Source: Candidatus Electryonea clarkiae
Lineage (GTDB): Bacteria > Electryoneota > Electryoneia > Electryoneales > Electryoneaceae
Assembly: GCA_030765455.1 (NCBI GenBank)
Contig: JAVCCM010000101.1
Span: 28,794 to 92,793, forward strand
DNA length: 64,000 nt
Reading direction: 5' to 3'
Positions within the stretch are counted from its first letter, which is position 1. Each line of letters opens with the position of its first letter. Below the pieces are notes generated by a model that saw only the letters and a list, made by a program, of their open reading frames with translations, did no database searches and was not told where the DNA came from. This document shows, piece by piece, positions 19,440-30,004 of this stretch. Made by a program: the position numbers and the translations under genes.

Positions 19440-19622
19440 AATTCTCATGTATCAAATAATATCCCTAATCTATATACGCATTGATTTGTTAGCGCTGATA
19501 TAAGATATTAAAAATCTATACATTTCGGTCATTATAACTATGCAAATGGCAAATGCTCAGTATAAACATATCTTATACTTTAATTCTGTTTGTTTTGATC
19601 TTTTCTCTTTTTACCTTGCGGC

Positions 19623-22600
19623 ATGCGGCATCTATATCTTTTTCTAAGCTTTATCTTTTTCTGCCGGTTGGTACTTGCGGATGTTTCAGGTGAACCGGGG
19701 AAACCATTCCTGAAGACGTTCATTCCAGAGGAGTATGCATCTCACCCGCAGAACTGGGATGTTGCCCAGGATAGCCGTGGAATAATCTACATTGCCAATA
19801 CGCTTGGCATTTTGGAATATGACGGTATCAACTGGCGGACGATAAAACACCCAACAAAAGCATACTTTTATTCTGTCGCCATTAGTTCTGATGATATTAT
19901 TTACACTGGTTGCAGCGGAGATCTTGGTTACCTGAGACCCGATTCCTCATGTTCTTGGAGATTTACCTCGTTGCTTTCCGAGGTACCGGAAAAATTTAAA
20001 GATTTAGACCGGATCACTCATACTGTCGCCACTCAGCAAGGGATTTTTTTTCTTGGCAGACACTGTTTATTTCAATGGCAGCAGGAAGTTAAGAAGATTG
20101 GACATAGTGATGAAACTGATTATTCCGGCACTATGCGGGTTATTGAATTCAGCAAAGAAAATCCAATCACCTATATTGCTTACATAAATAATACCCTGAT
20201 CCTACGGCAATCCGGCTATGGATTGATGCAACTCCAGGACAATGAACTCATACCGTTGAATAAAGATTACGGGATATTTGCAGAGAAAAATGTTTCCTCC
20301 ATTATACCCTTTAATGAAGATGCCATAATGGTAACTACCTATAAACAAGGCATTTATCTCGTAACTGAAAAATCAGCACATCTGTACAGATCAGAAATCA
20401 CGGACTATGCAATAGATCATTTTACAAGAGGGTGTACACGCTTACCCGAAGATCGATATGTCCTTTCAACTAATAATATGGGGATAGTCCTTTTTGATCG
20501 TGAAGGGAATATCCTAAGTGTTATAAACAAATCATTGGGATTACCTGACAACAGCGTCCGTTCATCCTGCTTTCTTGATTTACAGGGCGGGCTTTGGGTG
20601 CCTTTGGATTACGGTTTAGCCAGGATTGAGCTGGAATCACCCCTGGTTTATTACGATGGCAAAGAGGGATTAGAAGGGTTTATCCTGGCGATTGCTCGGC
20701 ACAACGGGATCCTTCATGTTGGAACCGGTCAAGGTCTATATTACATGTCAATGCCGCGTCAATCAGGTGGTCTGGTAGATTTCAGAAAAATCAGGCAGAT
20801 AAATGATTTCTGCCGCGATCTTCTTTCATTCAGAGGACATCTGCTGGTTGCGACAGATGACGGCATTTATGAGGTTAAACCAGACAGATCACTTGATAGA
20901 TTGTATAAAGAGTGTACATGCAGGCTGATCGCATCTCAATCCGGCAATATGATATATGCAGGTACTATGGAACATGGTGTTCAAGTTTTTCTGTACCGTA
21001 ATAGCCGCTTTATCCCGCTGGGAAGAATAGAGCAAACTTCTGACCGCATCCGGCGCATTGTTGAAGATCGGTCAGGTGATCTATGGATTACCGCACAGAG
21101 CGCTCATCAATTTCACATAGAGAAGATCTCTGTTCAACAACGTAATCCGCTTTCATCAAAAGTCACAATATATGACAGTACCCGGGGTGTACCGGAAAAC
21201 TTTCAACAGGAACCATTTATCTGGCATGATCAACTTTTTGTAGGTGTGCTTTCAAGGGGCCTCTTGCGCTATAATGAAAAATCAGATCTTTTTGAACCGG
21301 ATTATTCCCTTGGCGAAGAAGTATTTTCAGAGCAGAGTGGAGTAGTTTACCCTGCAGTTGACGCCAGGGACCATCTCTGGTTTCTGATGGCAGATAATCT
21401 TGTGGCTCGAGCGGAAATAACAGATAAAGGAGAATGTCAATTAACTTATCCATTGCTTCGTGCTCTGACCAGAGATTACTACAAATTTTACCCGGACGGA
21501 GACGGATCGCTTGTATGGGCAGGCTCGTCTGATGGAAGATTAATTCGCTATGATGAAAAAGCTGATCATCCTGATACTACGGATTTCGCCGCGCTAATCA
21601 GAAAGGTTACTGTATCAGGCGATTCGGTTATTTACGGTGGTACTTTCATTCCGAATTGGGAAAATCCTGTCATTCCGTTCAGTTCCAATGCACTCCGATT
21701 TGATTATGCCATGCCGCGCTATAATGCAAGCGATGCCAATGAATATCAATACAGGATGGTCGGTCTGGATGATGACTGGTCCGGATGGACAAAGGAAAGC
21801 TATCGAGATTATACGAGTTTGCGGGAAGGCAATTACCGCTTTGAAGTCCACGGAAAAGATGTATTTGGTAGTATCAGTGATTCAGGCACATTCGATTTCC
21901 GAATATTGCCGCCCTGGTACAAAACAAACTGGATGTTTGCAGCTTATATCATCTCATTCATATTATTGGTATATGGGATAGTTGCTATACGTATTTACCG
22001 GATAGAGGCACAGAAGAGGCATCTTGAGAATATTGTCAAGCTAAGAACAACAGAACTTGCAGAGGCCAATTACAAAATCCAGCAATACAATGAACAACTG
22101 GAACAGGTGCTTGAGGAACGTACCCGTAACCTAATTCTTAGTGAAAGACAGGCGGTATTTGGTCAAATGGTGCAAGGCATTGTTCACAATTTGAGAAATC
22201 CCCTGACAGTAAGCAGTGGTGGTGTGCAGCTTCTTTCAATAATGACAGATAATGTGAGTAAAAGAAATTTAGATAACCGGAAAGAAACTGTAAGAGCACT
22301 TGATGATCTTGTAAAACAAGTAGTTGAGTCTGCAACATTGATTGAGGGTTCCAATAACAAATTGAACTCTATGATTACTTCAATGATGACTAAAAGCAGG
22401 ACTGATAAATCAGGAGATTCCGAGGTAGTTGACCTGAACTCAATAATTCGTACTGAGCTTGATTTCATGAAAGCAGATAATTTCTACAGGAATAAAGTAA
22501 AAAAAAGCATAAAATTATCCAAAAGATCTCTTTTAATCCAGGTTGTTCCAGGAGAACTGGCGCAGGTATTTGGAAATATTGTTCGCAATGCATTGGATGC

Positions 22601-22919
22601 AATGTATAATCTTGAAAAGCCTTCTCTTAGTATTAGCACTCGGTTCGAGAATAAAAAAACACAATTTGTAATTTCAGATAACGGGCCCGGTATTCCCAAC
22701 GATATTATTGACAGAATATTCGATCCTTTCTTCACGACAAAAATGGCGGCGGAAGATAAAGAAGATTCACCCGAACAACCATCCGGAACGGGATTGGGAT
22801 TATGGATGTGCCGCGAAGCGATTGAAAGCTTCGATGGAAGTATAAAAGTCAGCAGCGAAACAGGCAAGGGAGCTACTTTTTCAATTACCTTGCCTCTTCA
22901 CACCGAAAAATCTTCATAA
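19623..22919 (+). CDS. Membrane sensor histidine kinase with periplasmic beta-propeller and Y_Y_Y domain
   Basis: Signal peptide, Reg_prop-like repeats, YQYRMVGLDDDWS...YTSLREGNYRFEV, PPWY + TM, H-box VHNLRNPL, N-box NALDA, DNGPG, FFTTK and GTGLGL. Confidence 0.92.
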   Translation: MRHLYLFLSFIFFCRLVLADVSGEPGKPFLKTFIPEEYASHPQNWDVAQDSRGIIYIANTLGILEYDGINWRTIKHPTKAYFYSVAISSDDIIYTGCSGDLGYLRPDSSCSWRFTSLLSEVPEKFKDLDRITHTVATQQGIFFLGRHCLFQWQQEVKKIGHSDETDYSGTMRVIEFSKENPITYIAYINNTLILRQSGYGLMQLQDNELIPLNKDYGIFAEKNVSSIIPFNEDAIMVTTYKQGIYLVTEKSAHLYRSEITDYAIDHFTRGCTRLPEDRYVLSTNNMGIVLFDREGNILSVINKSLGLPDNSVRSSCFLDLQGGLWVPLDYGLARIELESPLVYYDGKEGLEGFILAIARHNGILHVGTGQGLYYMSMPRQSGGLVDFRKIRQINDFCRDLLSFRGHLLVATDDGIYEVKPDRSLDRLYKECTCRLIASQSGNMIYAGTMEHGVQVFLYRNSRFIPLGRIEQTSDRIRRIVEDRSGDLWITAQSAHQFHIEKISVQQRNPLSSKVTIYDSTRGVPENFQQEPFIWHDQLFVGVLSRGLLRYNEKSDLFEPDYSLGEEVFSEQSGVVYPAVDARDHLWFLMADNLVARAEITDKGECQLTYPLLRALTRDYYKFYPDGDGSLVWAGSSDGRLIRYDEKADHPDTTDFAALIRKVTVSGDSVIYGGTFIPNWENPVIPFSSNALRFDYAMPRYNASDANEYQYRMVGLDDDWSGWTKESYRDYTSLREGNYRFEVHGKDVFGSISDSGTFDFRILPPWYKTNWMFAAYIISFILLVYGIVAIRIYRIEAQKRHLENIVKLRTTELAEANYKIQQYNEQLEQVLEERTRNLILSERQAVFGQMVQGIVHNLRNPLTVSSGGVQLLSIMTDNVSKRNLDNRKETVRALDDLVKQVVESATLIEGSNNKLNSMITSMMTKSRTDKSGDSEVVDLNSIIRTELDFMKADNFYRNKVKKSIKLSKRSLLIQVVPGELAQVFGNIVRNALDAMYNLEKPSLSISTRFENKKTQFVISDNGPGIPNDIIDRIFDPFFTTKMAAEDKEDSPEQPSGTGLGLWMCREAIESFDGSIKVSSETGKGATFSITLPLHTEKSS

Positions 22920-22963
22920 TAATATTCAGTAATTTCATTCACTGGTTGAACAGGGAATCCAGC

Positions 22964-23485
22964 CTAAAATCCTCCTCTTTTACCTCCTCTTTCTCCTCTT
23001 GGAGGACGAGGTCCGTAACCGCCCTTCATCTCATTTATGATTTCCCGCATACGTTTGGGAAACCTGTGCTGAAATATTACCAATTTTGCCTGTTGATTTT
23101 TTGAAAGAATATCGGTTGAGTTATTGATCAATTCCTTGTTTTTGTCGTGCATGGATTGTGTCAATTTTTCATGCCGGGCAATCAATTCATCAATTTTATC
23201 GTCATTTCCAGCCTTGACTACTTCTCGTAAAGCTTCGATATTTTCATGAATTTTGTCTTCAATGCCTTTGATTTCTTTCTCAAATTCGCGAAAACGCGGG
23301 AAAAAACGAGCTGATTGCTCTTCGGTCAACTCAAGAGTTTCAGTTAATTTCCATATCTTCATCGACTGGATACGTTCTCGAACCCGCCGGTCATTTTTTG
23401 GGCCGGGCTCCATGCCAGGTTGGCTGAACGCTGAAAAAGCAAACAACAAAACCAGCAAAGTGATAATAAAAGTCCTCGTTCTCAT
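22964..23485 (-). CDS. Spy/CpxP-like periplasmic protein
   Basis: Signal peptide, LTEEQ and LSKNQQ (LTxxQ-like) motifs, helical. Confidence 0.75.
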   Translation of the reverse strand: MRTRTFIITLLVLLFAFSAFSQPGMEPGPKNDRRVRERIQSMKIWKLTETLELTEEQSARFFPRFREFEKEIKGIEDKIHENIEALREVVKAGNDDKIDELIARHEKLTQSMHDKNKELINNSTDILSKNQQAKLVIFQHRFPKRMREIINEMKGGYGPRPPRGERGGKRGGF

Positions 23486-23509
23486 TATATATTCCTCCTT
23501 TTGCCTAAG

Positions 23510-23971
23510 CTATAGAAGCTCGACATTTCTAATCCTGTCCAATGTTTCTTCCAGCAAATCATCTTCAAATCCCATCAAAATGTCCTCGGGATCATCAACA
23601 TAATCTTCCTGCATCGCAAAGTATAGCTCCGAAGTATTATCATCCAGAAGCGTCACGGCAATATCATCTAACTCAATTCCATCTTCCTCGATTTGTTCTT
23701 CAATCAAAGTCATATCGTATGATTCTGCAAGCAGGTCAGGCTGGGCTGTCGTCCCGGAATATCGATCAAGGAAATCAGCTCCTTTCCAAACCGCGAACGT
23801 AAGCAGGAACGCACCGACTACAGAAGAAATCATGCTGATCTGAGCCTGCCTTTTTCTTCGAAAGTGAGAAATGATTTTGATCTGTTCAACAAATCCATCG
23901 TCAGCAGAAGGTGTGAATTCAACATTCCTGTATGCTTCGATGTAACGATTAATCTTCTCATGATTTTCCAT
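23510..23971 (-). CDS. Putative single-pass anti-sigma factor
   Basis: One TM and an acidic C-terminus; immediately downstream of the ECF sigma gene. Confidence 0.6.
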   Translation of the reverse strand: MENHEKINRYIEAYRNVEFTPSADDGFVEQIKIISHFRRKRQAQISMISSVVGAFLLTFAVWKGADFLDRYSGTTAQPDLLAESYDMTLIEEQIEEDGIELDDIAVTLLDDNTSELYFAMQEDYVDDPEDILMGFEDDLLEETLDRIRNVELL

Positions 23972-23974
23972 AAT

Positions 23975-24670
23975 TTACTCCTCGAGAAGAATCCTTAATT
24001 TTTTTAAACCCTGGTGTACGTTAGCCTTTGCGCCACCAATACTTATGCCCATAACCTCAGCAATGTCTTTGTAGGGCATTTCACGAATTGTTCTCAGAAT
24101 TACAGCAGTTCTCTGGCGAGTGGGTAGTTTTGAAAGCCCACGATGGGCATGTTTTGCCAGGTCTTTCCACTCTATGTTTTGTTCAGGCGATGCCTGGGTG
24201 AGAGCTTCTGCAGGTGGAAGTTCTCCCTGATCATTACTTCTTTGCATTCTCCACCGTTTTATACGACGTGTATAACTTATGGAGATGTTAATAGCGATTC
24301 TGTATAACCAGGTTCGAGGATGGGCGTCGCCTCGAAAAGAACTCAAATTGTTATACGCCTTGATAAAGGTTTCCTGTGTCAGATCTTCAGCCTCAGACAC
24401 ATTCCCGCTGATACGGGTACATAAATCGTGAATTTCTGATTTATAAAGATTTACAAGTTCGATAAACGCCTTTTCCCTGTCTGCTCTGAGGAGTTCCATC
24501 CAATCAGATGTATTGGCGGAAACAGATTTGGGATTTGCAGGCATAATTCTTTTCACTAATGGATTGCCATTAACAGGCAAATTGACGGCATTAATTCTAT
24601 ATTTCAATGAGTCCGTGGGACCAAATTGGTCACGCAAAAGACTATTATCATTGATTATAGTTGAATTCAT
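23975..24670 (-). CDS. ECF-type RNA polymerase sigma factor
   Basis: AEDLTQETF, TWLYRIAIN and region 4 YKDIAEVMGISIG; the start may lie further downstream. Confidence 0.93.
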   Translation of the reverse strand: MNSTIINDNSLLRDQFGPTDSLKYRINAVNLPVNGNPLVKRIMPANPKSVSANTSDWMELLRADREKAFIELVNLYKSEIHDLCTRISGNVSEAEDLTQETFIKAYNNLSSFRGDAHPRTWLYRIAINISISYTRRIKRWRMQRSNDQGELPPAEALTQASPEQNIEWKDLAKHAHRGLSKLPTRQRTAVILRTIREMPYKDIAEVMGISIGGAKANVHQGLKKLRILLEE

Positions 24671-24888
24671 TGAAATTCCATTAAAACTCGTTTGCCAGGC
24701 AGCTTGTCCTGCACTGTTTATCTGACGCTTAATATTAAGCCGGGTTTAATGGATATTTCTCTTGATGGATATTTACGTGTATTATTTTTTTTTCATGCAG
24801 AAGATTTTTATTGCTGAATCCCCGCTGCTACCTATCGAAGGGGAGACACAGGGGGAGAGATACTTTCTTATCACCCATAAAATATATG

Positions 24889-26661
24889 TTATTCAGCAGA
24901 ATAAACAATCTCTCCATCAACAATTGTATATAGTACTTTTATGTCTAACAGCCATTTATACGATTTGGATTGCTGCTCATTGTGCCCTGATGATTTTGAT
25001 AGTCCCGGATCCCCTGCGTTTTTTACGTCATCCAGGATCTCCATAAAGTCATCACCTTTAACAATTGTTAAATCCGCAAGTTTTCCAACCTCGATGGTAC
25101 CGGTTTCCTTCTCTGAAAAACCGGCATATGCAGCATGGATCGTATAACCCTTTACCGCTTCCAACAGTGTCATTTTTTGTTCCGGATACCAGCCATTATC
25201 AGGAAAACCGTTATGATCCATACGGGTAACAGCGGCAAAAATTCCCCAGAATGGATTAACTGATTCCACCGGTGCATCGGAGCCACAGGGAATAAACGAG
25301 CCTTGTTCCATCAGGCTCCTCCAGGCATAAGCGCCTTTTATTCGATCTATGCCAACACGGTCTTCAGCCCAATACATGTCCGAAGTAGCATGAATCGGCT
25401 GCATTGAAGGTATGATACCAAGGTTGGCAAATCGGGAAATATCCTCAGGAGCAACAACCTGGGCATGCTCAATTCTGAACCGATGATCTGCTACCGGGAC
25501 CTTTTTCAAAGCCTTCTCATACGCATCCAGAGTATTTCGATTTCCCCTGTCACCAATGGCGTGTGTGCAGATCTGAAATCCATTTTCAAGGGCTTTTACT
25601 GCTTGATTATACATAAAATCAGGTTGGTTGACTATTAATCCCGTATTCCCTATATCGTCCGAATATGGCTCAAGCAATGCAGCTCCTCTTGATCCAAGAG
25701 CGCCGTCAACGTAAAGTTTGATAGCCTCTATCCTCAATCTCTTTCGTGGATCTCGATTTACACCTTTGCTGATATATTTTTCAACCAGGACTTCGTCATC
25801 ACCATCCAGCATTCCATAAATTTTTAGATTTAACTCATTACTTTCTTCAAGCGCCTGGAGAGCTTCTATTGCACTTGTATCCAGACCGGCGTCATGCATT
25901 CCCACTAATCCAAACCGGTTGCATTCCTTTATTCCTTTTCGAGCCCATTCCTGGTATTCTGATTTTGTTGCTTTCGGAACATGTGTCCTGATCAGTTCAA
26001 TTGCTTTATCTAATAGAATTCCCGTAGGAAAACCGTTTTCGTCCCTGATTATTTTCCCGCCATCAGGATCAATTGTATTTTGATCTATTCCACAAATCTC
26101 GAGTGTTTTTTTGTTTACCCAGGCAGCATGACCATCAACTCGCCGTAGATAAACCGGATGAGATTCCGTTCCTGCCAAATCTTTGAATGATGGGAATTCT
26201 CTTATCTTCCAGTCATTTTGATCCCATCCGCGACCCTTTATCCACACGTTTTCAGCATCAGTTTCGATCTCTTTCAGTACCATTTCCCTGACATTTTCAT
26301 GAGATGTAGTCCCAATAAGATTCAGTTGCGATAATGAACGACCAAGGCCTGTTAAATGAGCATGGGTATCAACTAACCCCGGCAGGACAGTGCTTCCCTG
26401 GAGATCGAAAATTTTTGTATTGCAGCCTTTTAGTGCTTTCGCATCTTCTGCCTTTCCAACAAAAACGATACGGTTTCCTTTGACAGCGATTGCTTCAGCC
26501 AGAGGTTGTGAAGGATTTAAAGTTAGTACTTTGCAGTTTGTAAAGATCATATTGGCACACCGGGGATTTGCACAGGAATTTAAAGAAAAAACTGAATAAG
26601 TAAAAAAAGCAAACAGTATTAATATATTACATAACGATCTGTTAACCTGGATTCGATACAT
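24889..26661 (-). CDS. Amidohydrolase family 3 (YtcJ-like), probably exported/lipoprotein
   Basis: PGLVDTHAH, DGHAAW, DGALGSRGA, HAIGD, RIEHAQ, GSDAPV and GKLAD; start uncertain (26661-26727). Confidence 0.9.
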   Translation of the reverse strand: MYRIQVNRSLCNILILFAFFTYSVFSLNSCANPRCANMIFTNCKVLTLNPSQPLAEAIAVKGNRIVFVGKAEDAKALKGCNTKIFDLQGSTVLPGLVDTHAHLTGLGRSLSQLNLIGTTSHENVREMVLKEIETDAENVWIKGRGWDQNDWKIREFPSFKDLAGTESHPVYLRRVDGHAAWVNKKTLEICGIDQNTIDPDGGKIIRDENGFPTGILLDKAIELIRTHVPKATKSEYQEWARKGIKECNRFGLVGMHDAGLDTSAIEALQALEESNELNLKIYGMLDGDDEVLVEKYISKGVNRDPRKRLRIEAIKLYVDGALGSRGAALLEPYSDDIGNTGLIVNQPDFMYNQAVKALENGFQICTHAIGDRGNRNTLDAYEKALKKVPVADHRFRIEHAQVVAPEDISRFANLGIIPSMQPIHATSDMYWAEDRVGIDRIKGAYAWRSLMEQGSFIPCGSDAPVESVNPFWGIFAAVTRMDHNGFPDNGWYPEQKMTLLEAVKGYTIHAAYAGFSEKETGTIEVGKLADLTIVKGDDFMEILDDVKNAGDPGLSKSSGHNEQQSKSYKWLLDIKVLYTIVDGEIVYSAE

Positions 26662-26807
26662 GGGAATTTTAGCTGACATAATGCGACTCATGAAAATAAA
26701 TTTTAATTGAAATTGTGTTTCAGACAAAGACGAAAGGAGTTAAAGATAGTCAGTTGTTCGATATCTTGCATATCCCTTAAAACTTGTACTGGTATGTCCT
26801 GGTCATG

Positions 26808-27887
26808 TCAATCCAACAATTTTCTTCCGCAGAAAATTCCTAATGCTTCTGCAGTATGAATTAGTTCGCCTTCGGGATTGACAAGTTTCTGCTTTCCGGC
26901 AGCTTCAGTGATCAGCACATCATTAATGCTTCTTCCCTGGAGAGTAACCATTCGTCCGAATTTCTCCTCTTTTACCAGCTCAGCGGCATGAACCCCGAAT
27001 CTTGTTCCCAGCATCCTGTCAAAGCATGTCGGACCACCCCCTCGCTGCAAATGCCCCAGAATAGTTGTACGGACATCGACATTAAGGTGTTTACGTACCA
27101 TTCCTGCGAACCATGGGGCTGGACTATCAGTATCTCGTCGTTTTTCATAAGTTTCTGTGGGATGGGGAGCAGGAACGGCTGCTTCAGCTAAGACCGCAAT
27201 ACAAAACGTACTGCCTCGTGCGTAGCGCGTCCTGATATATTTTAGTGCTGCATCCAGATCGTATGGGATCTCCGGAATTAAGATCAAATCTGCTCCACCT
27301 GAAACTCCAGCTTCCAGAGCAATCCAGCCTGCATCACGTCCCATGACTTCGAGTACCATTGTCCTGTGATGCGCTTCAGCCGTAGTATGCAGCTTGTCTA
27401 TCGCGTCGGTAGCTGTGGTAACTGCTGTATTAAAACCAAAAGTCACATCTGTGACCATCAGATCATTATCGATAGTTTTCGGGACTCCTACAACAGGCAT
27501 CCCTTTTTCAAAGAATTTCTGTGTAATTGCCATAGTTCCATCACCACCGATAGCGATCAGGGCATCAAGTCCCAGGGACTCAAAGTTTTCCATACACTTA
27601 TCGGACACATCCAATGTAGTGGTGGTGCCATCGAGATTCTTGTAATCGTATTCGAAAGGGTTGCCGCGATTAGTGGTCCCTAAAATAGTACCACCCTTGG
27701 GAAGTATGCCGCGTACAAAAGCCTCATCAAGTTTTACTATATGGCGGGTATCAATAAGTCCATGGAAACCGTCCTCAATTCCGATAACATCCCAATGGTA
27801 CTTTCTCCTTGCCGTTTTCACGACAGCCCGGATGACGGCGTTTAGTCCGGGAGCATCGCCCCCTCCAGTGGTGATTCCGATTCTCAT
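26808..27887 (-). CDS. pfkA: 6-phosphofructokinase (ATP-type signature)
   Basis: MRIGITTGGGDAPGLNA, GGTILGT, GGDGT, PKTIDND, EVMGR and LGHLQRGG; start moved to ATG 27887. Confidence 0.95.
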   Translation of the reverse strand: MRIGITTGGGDAPGLNAVIRAVVKTARRKYHWDVIGIEDGFHGLIDTRHIVKLDEAFVRGILPKGGTILGTTNRGNPFEYDYKNLDGTTTTLDVSDKCMENFESLGLDALIAIGGDGTMAITQKFFEKGMPVVGVPKTIDNDLMVTDVTFGFNTAVTTATDAIDKLHTTAEAHHRTMVLEVMGRDAGWIALEAGVSGGADLILIPEIPYDLDAALKYIRTRYARGSTFCIAVLAEAAVPAPHPTETYEKRRDTDSPAPWFAGMVRKHLNVDVRTTILGHLQRGGGPTCFDRMLGTRFGVHAAELVKEEKFGRMVTLQGRSINDVLITEAAGKQKLVNPEGELIHTAEALGIFCGRKLLD

Positions 27888-28145
27888 GCCAAATCTCCCA
27901 TTTATACGGCATTTACTAACTTTAAGAAAACAAGTACCTAAAAAAATATCGGGAACAGACAGACTCATTGTGTGAAAAAGTTCAATTTGAACGAAAAGAC
28001 GAAAGAAACACAACTCTTTTAGAAGAAAGATATTTATATTGAGAGAAATACAAAGCTCCATCACAAAGAAGATCATGATGCAACCTTTTCATTTTATCAT
28101 GGTAATATTTTAAACATGAGAAGCGAATAAAGGATGATTCATTAA

Positions 28146-29903
28146 TTGAATACAATCGTCAATAAATTGATTTTTAAAATACTGATCGCAATAATCAGCT
28201 TCTTTTATACCTCCTCAATCCAAAGCTCCGAAATATCCAGCCCGCCTGAAAATCGAAAAGTAAGAATACATAAAATTCACTTTTCAGGTTTGGAAACCCT
28301 GGGCAGCAATGACATTTTGTCGGTAGTAGAACTCGAAGAAGGGGAATCATATCCTATTGGTTTTCTCGAATTCTTCGGAGATACACTGATAAAAAAGCTT
28401 CGTGGGGAATTGAACAAACCTTTTGCGCAAATCCTGGAATACGACCGGAAATATGGAAAAGATTCAAGTTATGTGGAATTGAATTTTATTATTGATGAAG
28501 GGCATTCAGCAATTGTTGACACCGTTATGATATACGGTCCTCTCGGGGGCCGGCAGTCGGAAGTATTTGATAAACTAAGGACTCATCAAGGAGAATTATT
28601 CGACCCGAGGCGCTGGGACGGCGACATGGAAACGTCACTCGAATATTTTGAATCCCAGGGTCATCCATTTGTGCAGATATTGACTTACCCTCTCGAGCCC
28701 GATTTTCGCTCCGGGAAAGTTGGTCTCAATCTTGGAATGAAGATTAATCCCGGTCGGGTGGTTACCCTCGAAAGAGTAGAAATCGCAGGTCTTACCAAAA
28801 CACGACCCAAAACTGCCGGAAGGGCGCTGGGGCTGGAGCCGGGGATTCGTTTTGATCCTGTGGTAAATTCCCGCGCAGGGAGACGATTGGAACGGACCGG
28901 ATGGTTTTCTGAAGTCAGTCAGCCTCGCCTTTTCCATGACAATTACGGCGCTTACGGAATTGTTTACGAAGTTCAGGAACAATCCACCAGTACTGTCACA
29001 GGAGCTTTGGGTTATGTCCCAAGGCAGGAGAGTGGGGGTGAGTTGGCTGGAAACCTGGATGCAAGATTTTCAAATCTCCTCGGAACGGGACGGGAATTCT
29101 CGCTTAACTGGCGCAGGGACAGTGATTCACAGAGTTCATTCGCATTGGGTTATATGGAGCCCTGGTTGTTTGGCAAGCCCCTGGATTTGAACCTTGGGTT
29201 TTCGCAGGAAGTGATAGAGTCGTTGTATGTTGCGCTTGAGTATGAAGCCGGGTTGACCTTGCGTATGGGTGATTTCTGGTCATTGGGAGGAGCCGGGCAG
29301 CAACGATTTGTATCAGCCGACAGCGCTGCTTCCGGTATTGACAGTTTATCATATAATCTCACTGGTGTTCGGGCTTTCTTGAGCATGGATTCCCGTGACT
29401 ATCCCGATAATCCGAGCACGGGGAGTCGTTGGATAATTAGATCGAGCCGGTATTCAGCGTCAAAAAAGGCTGAATTTGATGTTTTGTACAAAAACAGCTT
29501 CGAATTTGAAAAGGCGATTGAATTGCGTCCTTCCCTGGTTGGTTTTTCAGGACTGCATTATGAAGAAACCAAGGTAGAGAGTGAAACTGTTCCCCCGGCA
29601 GAATGGGTACGTATTGGCGGAGCTTCAACGGTTCGGGGATTTGCGGAGCGCAGTCTCTCTGCTCCTCGAGCAGGATGGATAAATCTTGAATTGAGACAAT
29701 TGACCGGTAGAGATAGCAGGGTTTTTCTTCTTTCAGACATTGCAGTTCTGGAAATTCCTGTCGAGACAGTATGGGAATTCTCATACGGCGGTGGAGTCCT
29801 GGTTAATACCGCCGCAGGTTTAATTACCACAGCAGTGGCATTGCCGGCGGGAGAGGGCTGGACTGCTGCGGTCGTTCATGCCTCCGTAGCGGCAAGATTT
29901 TGA
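28146..29903 (+). CDS. BamA/TamA (Omp85) family outer membrane protein with POTRA domains
   Basis: POTRA-like repeats, NLLGTGR, DSRDYPDNP, GGASTVRGF (VRGF motif) and C-terminal Phe. Confidence 0.85.
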   Translation: MNTIVNKLIFKILIAIISFFYTSSIQSSEISSPPENRKVRIHKIHFSGLETLGSNDILSVVELEEGESYPIGFLEFFGDTLIKKLRGELNKPFAQILEYDRKYGKDSSYVELNFIIDEGHSAIVDTVMIYGPLGGRQSEVFDKLRTHQGELFDPRRWDGDMETSLEYFESQGHPFVQILTYPLEPDFRSGKVGLNLGMKINPGRVVTLERVEIAGLTKTRPKTAGRALGLEPGIRFDPVVNSRAGRRLERTGWFSEVSQPRLFHDNYGAYGIVYEVQEQSTSTVTGALGYVPRQESGGELAGNLDARFSNLLGTGREFSLNWRRDSDSQSSFALGYMEPWLFGKPLDLNLGFSQEVIESLYVALEYEAGLTLRMGDFWSLGGAGQQRFVSADSAASGIDSLSYNLTGVRAFLSMDSRDYPDNPSTGSRWIIRSSRYSASKKAEFDVLYKNSFEFEKAIELRPSLVGFSGLHYEETKVESETVPPAEWVRIGGASTVRGFAERSLSAPRAGWINLELRQLTGRDSRVFLLSDIAVLEIPVETVWEFSYGGGVLVNTAAGLITTAVALPAGEGWTAAVVHASVAARF

Positions 29904-30004
29904 AGAACTATTTTACTATATTCAATATTGATTATGTTCACTGTGTTCAGTGATTAAATATATTAGTAATTCTTGTTTAGAAAAGTGACCAAAAGGAGCG
30001 TCAA

